Part shown: in pieces, positions 25,001 to 37,000 of the stretch
Layout: each line of letters opens with the position of its first letter
How positions within the stretch are numbered: position 1 is the stretch's first letter
Assembly (NCBI GenBank): GCA_964187785.1
Contig: OZ076409.1
Span: 18,788,001-18,852,000 of the forward strand
Direction of reading: 5' to 3'
Source of the DNA: Amphiscolops sp. MND2022
Lineage: Eukaryota
DNA length: 64,000 bases
Translations under genes and position numbers: made by a program
The notes under the pieces: generated by a model
The model's database searches: none
What the model was told of the DNA's origin: nothing
What the model saw: only the letters and a program-made list of their open reading frames with translations

Positions 25001-28000
25001 TCGGAGTCATTGGCAGAGGACTGAGCCATGTCTGGATCCGTTGGAACAGGTGTTTCTAACGAGGAACTAATAATTCTTCCGCTTCTGAGTTCAGTGCCTA
25101 GATCTGGGTTCATAGAGATGGGAGAAAAGAATTATGAGTGAAGACTGGATTATCTGAGATGTTATTGCGATGTATTTTTGCTATTTTATCTGATTTTACG
25201 ATCTCTAATTCACTAAGTTTGAACAGAGATGTTTTATCGATGACTAGTACAAATAAACAAGTCGTAAAGAAAGTAGCAGGAAATTAGTAAGGTGAATAGG
25301 AAAGTTCATCCAATGTTCATCGCAGTTGTAAGTGCGTCAAAAGAAATTACTCAGTTTTAGTATTATAGTTTCTGAAGATGAAAATGAGATGTATTTTCGA
25401 GTAAAATTCGACGTGGGGTGTTCAACTGGATAGTAGCTTGTCGCAATTTCGGTCTCAGTAATCGCTAATGGCGGTCCAAAATACAGCAGTTCACGTGTCT
25501 TTTCAGGCTGGTAAGACGCTAATCTCTTACCAGCCTCTTCTCATTGGCTGTTACCACTGGTGTTAAAATGGTAAGTCACGTGACCGGTGTTGTGAACTGC
25601 CGCAAAGTGGCCACGCACCATGGCACATCTACATGTGTTAATGGCGTTTAGTCATCAATTTACAGTGTCGCAATTGCCTGCACATAACATCATGGTTTCT
25701 ATAGTAATTAAAATGGACTCAAATTATTCAATAACGCACAAATTTCAAGCAAATTTAGAGTAAAGCACACTTTGGGATGGGAAAACGATGTTTTCCGCTG
25801 ATTCTAGCACCAAAATCAATGATTTAAAACTCGAAGATGGAAATGCGATGAACTTGTAAGAATATTCGCTGATTTCCAAGTATAGTTTAGCTCTGGATGA
25901 AAATGCGATGAATGGTAGTCTTTCTCGCTCGGAAATCAACACTATTTAAAATGACGATGATAAAAGGATGAACTCTCTTCGAAATGAACGATTTCCAGCA
26001 CAATTTAAATCGACGATGGTAAAAGGATGAACTCTCCTCGAAAATAGCTAATTTCCAGCACTAGTGAAAATAACGATGAATTCAGGATGAATTCAGTCGA
26101 TAAAACAGGTGAAACAACTAATTCTACAGTAAAGACAAATATACGATGACTTTAGGATGAATACATTCAATAAAACAGCAAAATCTAATGAATCGAATTC
26201 CAACGATGAGTTTAGGATGAACTCAACTGAAAATTTGGCTAATTCTAGCGCAAGTTGAACTAGCGATGAATTTACGATGAACTTGTGTAATAAATCTGCC
26301 AAATGTAGTGCGAACTAATTTTACAATGAACTAGTGATGAATTAGTCTAATAAAACAGATATCCAGCACTTCACTCTTTTTTAGGATGAATTAAGGATGT
26401 ACTTTCTCATTTCTTATTGTTACTAGTCAGGACGATGAAATATAGATGTGTTATGCTCTTTTAAGAAATGAGAAGCATATTGAAGGTTAATAATCACAAA
26501 ACGGCGATGAGTATGGGATGGTTTTCATGCATTTTAAAGTCCCGTGAGATCCGCTGATGGATCATTAAATGAAATCAAATAAATGTCCCAATTTTTGTTC
26601 ACCCGCAATCTTGGCGATGTGATTGCGATGAACTTTGATAATATAGCACTGTAATTTCACTAGTAAGTCAAGCTGAAGGATCACTAAGTCCGCTGATGGA
26701 TTAGTGATGAACTCTTTCTGAAATTCGTCACGACTACAAGCCCTGAGGCGGGGAGCTAGTAGAAGTTACAGGTTTCATTATTTCTACATCTCTCGGTCCA
26801 GTCTGACCGGAAAACTTCTCTCCCTTGTCGTGACAAACCAATATTGAATAAGATAGCACATTAAAGGCCATTGGCAAGATCATTTGTGCGGACACCGGAA
26901 CTAGAGCGCTCAGTATTAAGTAAATATATATAGCTCAAACTCAGGGGGGATAGGGATTAAGGTACAAGTAACGTAGGGTTGCTCACAACCATGGCTCTTA
27001 TTATATGACATCATATTGCCCATATCTAAGTACATAAGACATAATATTTACATTACAGATATTTAGTAGATTATATTTCCATCATGCTGGCATGACACTC
27101 CCCGGGGCGGGATTTGGACTGAGAGTGCAGGGGCCAAATGTGCAGAGGATGGTTGTCTCGGCGTTGGCTTCGACTGGTCCTTCGTTTGGTTGGGGAGAAA
27201 ATGGCCTTCGTTAGTTCTGAACTGGCATGTCCTTCGTTTGTTCTGTCCTGTGAGAGCTTCTCCGAGAAGAGGACCTTCGGTAATCGTCTTTTCTGGCATC
27301 ATCCTGGGTGATTTCGGTTAAAATTTTCGACGCGGCAACTCTAATTCTTGGTCCATCGAATGTCCGCTGATCTGCATTTTATTGATTGTCATGCTTTTGA
27401 CGGGAGTTTCGGCTGGTTATTTTCGGTAGAAGCTGATTTCTCGGAGAAAAGTTTCCCTCCAAAACGCCTACGCTGAATAAACAATTCGATTAGCTTCATT
27501 GACAAATTGGCAGCGAGTCGGGGATGAATGAACGATGAATTGTTTGCTCAGCGAGACATCGATGCTGGTTTAGCGGAATGGCTGGCGCCGTTGCTTTGTT
27601 TACTCGCGATGGAAAGGAGATGAATCGTCGTCATAGCAACTGCCAAAAGTTACTTCCGCTGCTCGACTTTTGAGTGAATGAGAAAGAGATGAATTCGTCG
27701 CCATAGCAACTGTTGCCCGATCTGATTGGCTGAGACTGAATTTATAACTGAAGGAAATTACAACCGGTTGTCAGCAGCATTCTCATCCATAAATCATCCT
27801 CCATTCAAGTCGGTTTGAAAATCGCCACGATTTCCTTTTGCGCGTTTTCCGCTCAACTTCGTCGGTATTGATCTGAGACTGGCAGCTGTCAACAAATCAA
27901 ATACTTGAAGTTTTTTGTCAAGTCCTAGGAGAGGACGATCCATTTTTCAGAGAAAGCTTGAGTTGGCTGTACTGAGAAGAAAAGTGATGTCAGTATTTGA

Positions 28001-31000
28001 AATCGGAGAATTTTTTATCGATTTTTCATCTTCTGAATCCAAGTATTTGATTAACATGGCATTCAAGCTGCGTCGCGCCCTTTGAAATCTTCTATTGAAT
28101 TTGTTCTTCCGTAATCATGGTTGATCAGGCCATTTAATTACTGATCAAATTCTCTGTTCCTGGATTCTTCGATTTCTTTCCTTCTTTCACCTTCTTCCAT
28201 TCTTTTCAGATTGTTTCTGCAATTTCTTCTTCGAGTGCGAGATGTCTGATATTCATTCAGTTCATTCGTTACCTGAGACCGAGGCCACAGAAAGTAAGTG
28301 CACTATTTTTTCTCTTCTTCACAAACGGGTTAGGGACAATCAATTACTTAAGACGCACCCTTGCTTTTAGCTGATTCAGTCCACTCAGTGGGCGTCGTTT
28401 CCGAACTGACGACTCTAGAGACAGTGCCGCCACAAGCAGCTCCAGTCACTCAAGAGGTGAATCCTGAGTTGACTCCAGCTCCGAACGTCCCTTATTATCC
28501 GCAGTGTAAGTACTTATCCATCCAGAATTTCAATCCAGTCCGCGATCCTCTCGTTCTCATCCCTGTCCAATCTAGCAACTAACTCTCTCCGTTCGATGTT
28601 TAGATTACTATCCCTGGTACTCCACCCTTGGTAGTATCACCTTCGGGTGGTACGACCAGCATATGAGAGACATGCTGCGGGATAGCATTCTTCAATACAG
28701 TGAGTTGGCCAATTTTCATCTCCGTTTACTAGGGCGTCGTCCAGACATTGCGATGTAATTCCGATATTTTCTATCTCATCTTCATGTAATGTCTTTTGCG
28801 GTCGGTTTGCCATTTAATGTATTATAGGGATGAATTTGAGATGAATTAAGGGTATTTGATTCCCTTTTTGAACGATATTTTGCATTCTCCATTCAGGGAT
28901 GGATTTGTGATGAAGTTTTCGTCAATCTTCTTTCTTCACGCGTTATACGCGCACTTTCTTCTCAGGCCCATTTCTGTTTGAGTGTTATTTTTGTAGGCCC
29001 TACTCCGATTCATGCGCCCGTCCCACGTCCCATCGTGTATTCGATCGGGATTGGGACCAGTGACTACCCAGACGAGGGCGTAACTGTCAACACCTCCGGA
29101 GGGCCACCACAACTGAACGTCTCGTCGTTCCTCGACGACCTGACTGCCGCCGATACCAGTTCTCCAGTCAGGCGGACGTCGGTTCCGGTGTTGTCGCCGA
29201 TTTTGCAGCGAACTTTCTCAATTGTCAGTCCACGCCGTCCCCGACTTACTATTGAGTCGGGTGTCAATGCTGTCGTCTGCTGCAGTGACGTTTCTTTGAG
29301 TGCCTGTGTAGATACTGCGGACAAGGAGGTCCAAGCCGTTATTGAGACTGCTGATGGTTCCACATGTTATGAACCCCAGGTGGAGACTTCCCTGTCTGCT
29401 TCTCCTCCAGTCGTCGATGATACTGAACTGCTCACCCCTGATGCCAATCAGACTGCTACTTTTGCTTCTGTTCACTCTGAGGCGATCATTCCTGAGGATC
29501 CTGCCATCGGAACAGGGACTTTTTCTGACGTTCCAGCAGGCATCACGATTGCTGATCCCTCGTCTGCCGCACTTGATTCGGAGACAGTTCCACTTCAGCT
29601 GGAGCTTGAGCTTGCAGTGACTTCTCCGATGGGGCCTAGCCTACTAGACTCAGACGATGAGCCAATTGCTTCCCATCTCCCAGGTTACCTAAACAGCTTT
29701 AAAACATGTGAAGTATCTGATCAGTACCTGCATTCATTCATTTTCCTTTTTTTCATTCTTGCTAGCAATTCAGATTTTTCGTCTTTTTCATCTATTTTCC
29801 ATCGTTTTAGTTCTTTCCGCTGTTCATTTTTGCAAGTTATGTTTTTTCATCATTTTCTCATCGTTAAAGGTTTTCAAACATGGCGTTTTTCTCTTTTGTC
29901 TTGCATTCTAGCTATTTTAGCCACTTTTCATCTCTTTTACATCCTTAAAATTTTCTTTTTCGTTTTGGCTATTTTTCAGTGTTTTCTTTTCAGTTTACAT
30001 CCCCTTTTCATCGTTCAGTTGTTTTCGCTCTACAATATCTCAATTTTGGTTCAAATTCGTTCTACACATCTCTTTTTCATCGTTCGATTTTTTCGTCTTT
30101 AAAAGTTTCAATTTTCATTCTGGTGGTCTGCAAACACATCTCTTTTTCATCTTTTCGTTTTTTCTTCGTTTTTTCGCTTATATTTCCCGATGAAAATATT
30201 ATTTTACATCATTTTTTCATCACTCCGGGTGAGATTTTTGGAAAATTTCAGTGGATTTTCGAATTTTCTTTTTCTGAGGATGTGTAGAGGATGAGTTAGA
30301 CAATTTCCGTTTTCTTTTGATTTCAGGAAAGAAGATTCTCAAGACTGCGTGGTTTGCTCATGCGTATTGTGGATTGGCCCTGGGCTTCGCTAAGGACCAC
30401 CGGACGCGAGAGTCCTATGTCAGGTGTCTCCTGTGCAAGCAGGACGTCAAGATCGCCAGCAGAGGTATCACGACGTTCTGGGAGCACTGTCGGGGCATTC
30501 GTCATCATAGGCTCGATTGCTTGATTCGGCTACGGCGGGGTCTGGCGTTGCGGAAGCGCGATGGGACGCTAATGTCCGAGGCAGAGTCCAAAATGTGTGT
30601 CGCTAGTCTGGCGGGTGAGGCTGTGCCTGCGGTGGAGTTGTGCCCGAACCTGAGCGTTGCGGAGGTTCTGCGAGCCGAGCTGGACGGCAGATCTGCATGG
30701 GGCGAGAGTCAGGAAGCCGAAGACGAGATGCAGACCGAAAGTGTGCGGCTATTTGTATGTTTAGTGATCGATGCAATCTACCGTGACTGCAATTTCACAA
30801 GTGTGCAGCATTTGTGGGATTTAATGGTTGCATCAAACTCCCGACATTCGGCTCTGTTTGGCGCGTTTTGCCGAGATAGCGACGTTCTGGTTATTATGAT
30901 TTTTCGTACTACTATATGTGGTTTACATGTTACATGTTTTCGGTTTATGTGAACAATTTCATGAATATTTACAATTTTGGGTGAGGGGTACACATTTTTA

Positions 31001-34000
31001 GAGTCTCTTTTTTTGTTTTGAGTATTTTCGTAATTGGTTGTATGGGTTTGTACCGAGTTTTGGACGATGTGTTTTGGATGGATTCGATGTTGTTGTTTTA
31101 GCGTGTGGTGCTTGTGGGACTCTGGCCATACGTTATGCGCCGGATGATCAATGTGTGGACCGAGACCGAGTTTACGAGTTTCAGTGTCGCCATTGTTGCC
31201 GGAAGAGTGGTGGGGTCAGTGACCGTATGCACGCCAGAAAAACCTATGAGCTACGTTGTGTTCTCATTTATCTATGCTCAGGGGTGGGAACGTCGCGTGG
31301 TTTCATGGGTCGTGGACACGCTTTGTTGCGCTGTCGGGCAAGTTGCACCAGTTGGTGTGAATTGCAAATTGATGCCAGGCCTCGAGAATGTTTTGGCGAG
31401 CAGTACTGGACAAGGAACTGTGACAGTTGTCCCTTTGCGTCTGGTGAAGATCAATAAGACCCTCGTGGATGTCAGTGTACGAGTGATGGGCGGTATTGAT
31501 GTTCACACGATGTTAAATCACCTTCAGACGAGGTTGAAAGAATTCATGGACGACCCTATCATCTTGGCTTGTCCCAAGTTACTGCAGGTAATTTTGGTAC
31601 TTAACAGTAGACTGTTTGGTTTCTATGTACATGTGTTTAGCTGGTATGTGGTTTATTGGCAATTTTTATATATTTTTCACGTGTTGATTTCAGTCTGTGC
31701 TCGACGGTGAGGTCACCTTGTGGGACGTTCCGGACGTGTTGGTCGAGCTTTGTGAGAACTGGTCCGGGGTCACCATGTTGCTGCGAGTGCCTAGCCGATC
31801 CGGAATGGTCGATTCATTGGATTTGGTTCTGTGTGGCGATGTTAGCTTGCCGTTGCGGTTGCATGCTTTAGCGGTTGTTTTTCGTGCTCGTTAGTATGTT
31901 TTATATGTTTTGCGTGGAGAATGTCTAAACAGTAAAGTTGCATGGGTAGGAACGGGAGGGGGGGTAGTGTTGGTTAACGTGGGTTGGTTTTTGGCGCAAA
32001 GTCCTGAGCAATGTTCGTTTGTTTTAGTTGTAACGTCGTATCAGTGGAGCTTTAGCAGCTGCAGTTTACGCAGTTGTCATTGGGCATTTGAAAGTGCCTC
32101 GTTTGTTCACAAGCTCTTAACTATTCTGGTGGACGATGTGGATCTGCCATCTATCTACAATGTGAGGGCGTGCCTGAATGTCGATGTGGCAAGTCTTGTG
32201 GTGTCGCCTATGAAGGTGGAAGCTCTGAGAGGGCAATTCAGACAGTACGAAGAGTGTTTCACGGATCCTGCCGTGTTTGTCAATCATTTCCTGCAAGTAC
32301 AGAATTTCTTACTGGAGGTGGTTGCAGAAGTGCTCATTGTGGACGGGATGAGGGAGGAAGTTACCTTCCACTTGAGTGTCTGTTGTCCTGCTTTATTGTT
32401 GTCCAGTGACGTTGCAGTGTTAACAGAAGAGATGTCGCTGTTTACAGGACTGCTGTTTGATCTAAATCGCGTGACTGCCGTCGAGAGAGCGCGTATGGAA
32501 CAAAGTTTCCCCTCGTTCCTAGAACGATTTAGGAGTCTGGCAACCGATGTGTCGGTCCATGATGCTGGTTCCGCAGTGGAACTTTTCCGAGTGTGCAACA
32601 GTGTTTCGATGCGCAAGCTGATGCGTTATTTGATGTGCCTCAACGAAAGTCCTCTGTTGCCAGTGGGTGCCGCATGTGTGGAGGTGGGCCAACTTAGTGG
32701 TGACGTTACGACGAGTGTGTGTGCGAGCATCCTAAGTTTCTTGAAGTCGCAGTCAGTGAGAACGTATGAAAGTGTCAGCGGGCCTCTACTAGAGGAAGTC
32801 TGTGAGTCATTCGGGCGTCTCACCGTGTTGTCAGAGCTGACGGAAGAAATGCTCTGGGACGATGTGGGTGTGGTTGCCGCCGAAGACTATAGACAGTCTC
32901 TTTACGAACTGGTAGGCTACACCGCTGAGGGGGAGAGAGCACCAAGTCCCGAGATATGAGAGTACTGATGCTGAAACTTTGTCTTTTATACATACTGATG
33001 ATTTTATATGTGGTATTTGTATTATTATAGATAGCAATTAGTTTAGTTGTGGGTGGCCAAATGGACATGTCGTTTTAAGTGACATGAATGAATAAAAGAA
33101 AAAACACTGCGTCGGAAAAATCGGCAGTGTACTATGTACAAGTTAAAGATTTGGCACCTGAATTTGTTTTTCACCTGAGTTTCTAGTGAGTGGGAATGCA
33201 GGCAGAGTTCGGCTGTGGTCGCATTATGTGTTTCGTGATATAGTTTGCGTTAAATGGCAGTTCTATTTTCATTTGTCATCGTATTCACATCGTTTTAAAT
33301 TTATTCGGAGTTTTTGATGGTTTTTGTCACGGTGTTCATCATTATTATATCTCGTGCAAATGTAGGTAATTGGACAGCGCTTCGTGTGGACCTTTCATCT
33401 CACATTCATCACGTTTTCTTCAGTCGGCCGAGCGACGTCGTGGAAACTGTTTTTGTCATCGTTTTTACATCGTTTGTTATATGCGATTTATTGCATGTTT
33501 GTTACATGTGATTTTTCTACATAGTTCATCGTTTTTTCATCTTGCCTTTGAATTTTTGCATTTTTGCTAGTTTTTTGGTGTAATTCATCGTTTTTGCATC
33601 GCAAGTTTGACTTGGCAAGTTTTTTGCTCATTTTGTTGTATAGTTCATCTTCTTTTTATCGTGGTTTTGAAGTGTACGAATTTTTGCGTGTTTTCGATGT
33701 TATTTGGCTATAACGTAATCGGGGGTTGCATTTTTCATGTCTGGGAGAAATTATTATTAATATTGCGTTGTTTCGAAGTATTTTTTCATGTATTTTAGCG
33801 TTATACGGTTATAACCGTTTGTCGTGTTTTGAATTTGCATGAATTTTGTGGTACATGTGTTTTGATCATCGTCGTCATGTTTCGAATTTGTCAACTACGG
33901 AACGTCATTGCATGTATTTTTATTTCGAGTTCTTGTGACCGCCGCTTGCGTGGCAGTCGAAGATAATTTCACTCAGCAGTGGTACTGATAGCCTGTAGGC

Positions 34001-37000
34001 GTGCAAGGTACTAGTGGCTTCAGTCCAAAGCTGGGTGAGTGGAGCTGCTCCGCTGCTTTCAGATGAATGGAATCTCGTAGTTTCGGGCTATATATAGTCT
34101 ATATGTCATTTTTTCGGTTGGTTGTTTGCCATTATTCGTCGAAATGGGTTTGTCCATTTGACGGTCAGTCCGATCAATTAATATGATTGACAACTACGGT
34201 TATGCATGTGTCCAGTTTTAGACTATCTGTTTCTTGTATTTGCATGTATGGGTTGTTACATGATGTGTTCTTTTAAATGGGTTGCCCCATTATTGACATG
34301 TCGTTATATGTTCGGTGTTAGTTTCATGTTTTTAATTTTATTTTCGTTCATTTGGACAGGGCTTTGTCGTCACAAAGCCCCTACAAAACTAACTGAGAAT
34401 CCACTAGCCGCTGGATAACCAACGCAGCAAGCTTCATCCGAATATGGTTGTGAGCTCCCCGCCTCAACTAACCAGCACTCTTTTCAGAGAAATGCCAGCC
34501 AGCACGAAGGAATGTTTTTGGCTTATCGATAGGGGTGTCTTGGTTGTTATGAACTGATGTTTGCTGGGGGGTGCTCACTCCTTTGTTAGTTTTGTAGGTG
34601 TTTCGTCAGTTCTTATATTTTGCATGTAAGTTAGTAGGCTTCATGTATTTTCGATTGTTTGTTTCATTTTTATTCGTCTAGGTTTGGATGGTTTTGGTGT
34701 GAATTGCATATATTATCTCATTCATTTTTAAACGGTACATGTATATTTCCGTGCGTGGCTCATTTGTATTGCATGTAGTTTGGAATTGTTAATTTCTTTC
34801 GTGACGTCATTGATTTGGCAGGTCTTTGAACCGTACATGTATTGATCATTTCATTTTTGTGTCGCATAATTCTATTTGCATGATTCGAAATAAGGTCGGC
34901 TGTTTTTATCGTTTCGTGGAGTTACATGTTTGTTTGAGAATTAGCTGATTTGTTGTGATGTTATGTTGATGGTGTTTCCCATCACAAAAAGGTTTTGGTA
35001 AGTCATTTAATATTTTCGAACTTCCATTTAGACTAAATTCATCGTTTTGACATCCTCCAGCGAAGCTAGAGTATTGTGTCAGGATAACGATAAATTCGGT
35101 CACGATTTGATGGTAGTGTCCATCACAAATTCATCTCGTTGAATGATTTCATGTAGTTTATGAGTAATTGGGTCGGGTTCATCGCTATTTCATCCTCTAG
35201 CCGAGCTAGAGTCTTGTGATAGCATGAACGTGAGTGCGTTCGCATTCTGATGGTAGTTTCCATCTCAAATGCATCGCTATTAAATATTACATGTTGATTG
35301 GTCGAATTTTTGACTGAGTTCATCACCTTTTCATCTCTGAGGTAAATTTTCATGTGATTTCATCCTTTTTTCATCTCGAAATTTTTATGGTTTGTTTTTT
35401 TCTGGTTTTTTGATCGTTTTTCATCCGTTTTACATCGCGTTTTGTTTGTATGCGTTTTTCATGTGATTTTTAGTAACTTTTCATCCATTTTACATCTTCA
35501 TGTGTTTTTTAATTTAAAATTGCATGTAACTAACTGGTTTTTGTGACCTTTTCATCCTTAACACATCGTGTGTTTGGAAATGTGGTTTTTCATGGCTAAA
35601 TCGCTACGTCTACTTTGTTGGTCTTTCTCAGAGAGTTTCTAGCTGATGTAATCTCATGAATAAGGAAGTCAGGATATTTTTTCGGTGTAGGGTTCTCGCG
35701 TAACCTGTACCTACTTTGATTTGATCTAGACGGTCTAGAACTCATCCTTTCTTCATCTTTATTTTGCGTGTTTGTCTGTTGTGACTGATTTTCGTGTTGT
35801 TCGTCTCTCAGAGGTACTCTTATCCTACTCTCATCGCGGGGAGGCGGTAGAATAATTTCTTCTCGCGTTCCAAATCTAACTGTAGGTGGTCTAAAGTTGT
35901 TGTGGTCAGTTTCTACTTGTTGATATTCTATTCTCGTGGTTATTTCTGGTGGAAATACTTGTGGACTGTGTCGCTCTTGTACTGGTGGAACTATTTCTGC
36001 TGAAGGTTCATCTTCGACTAAGTCTTGATCTAGATTGTCGTTCTCGTTCTGATCTACGTCGTCGGTTGTCGGAATATTCGAATCGAATATGTCCGTGTCT
36101 TCAACCCTTTCAGTGTCTGGGTAAAGATGCTTGGACACGTTGATGTCATCAATCGGAAATTCCGGTTTGAACAATCTCAGTCGCATGCGATGTACGCACT
36201 GAGTTTGGTGTGTGCCTACTTTGCGGATGATGTAGTTGCTATCGGATATTGCATTTCATCACCTTGTACGGTCCTTTCCAGTGGAAAGTTTTAAACTCTT
36301 CTTTGCTTCTCTGAGAGTCGTACTTAGGGTCTAGTAGGAATACAAATTCGTTCACCTTCAGTGGTTGTGCTCGTGCTTTTCTATCATAGTACGTTTTGTA
36401 CTTGTGATAGGCGGAAATGATGTTATCTAGATTGTCTCTGAAGATAAAATTCATTTTGTCTAGAATTTCGTTCACGTCCTTGCACTTTGTTTCAGCCGGT
36501 TTGTTTGCGTTTCGGAATTGCAGATCTAGTGAGTTGTATGGTGTTCTTCCGTGGAAAATTTCAGTTGGTGAACATTTCAGTGAATCATGATACGTTGTGT
36601 TATGGGCCATGATTGCTATGTCGACATAGCGGTCCCATTGTGGTCTGTCTGCGTTTACACTAATTTTAAGGATCTTTTTCAATTTCGCGTGCGTTCTCTC
36701 CACCATGCCTATTGTCTGCGCGTGCTTTATCGTGGCATGGGAGATGTGAATATCAGCCGCTTTCGCGATTTCAGACAGAAGTTCAGCCGTGAACGCCGTG
36801 CCCTTGTCCGTCAGAATGTGTTTGGGCACATACGCGTGTTTTGTGAAGATCGACAGTAATCCTCTGACTACGGAATGTGTATCAGGTCTCTTCAGCGGAA
36901 CGGCGAACAGGTAGCGCGAAAAAACGTCAACAGCCGATAGAATGTGTGTAAAACCGTTCGATGCCGGGAGTGGACCAACGATGTCTATTTCCAACAGGTC

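Noticed and set aside
24787..25113. Separate 108-aa gene
   Set aside because: It is the LTR-encoded copy of the gag N-terminus.
29684..30102. Hydrophobic C-terminus of the 374-aa ORF suggesting a membrane protein
   Set aside because: Phe-rich translation of T-rich intron sequence after the donor at 29684.
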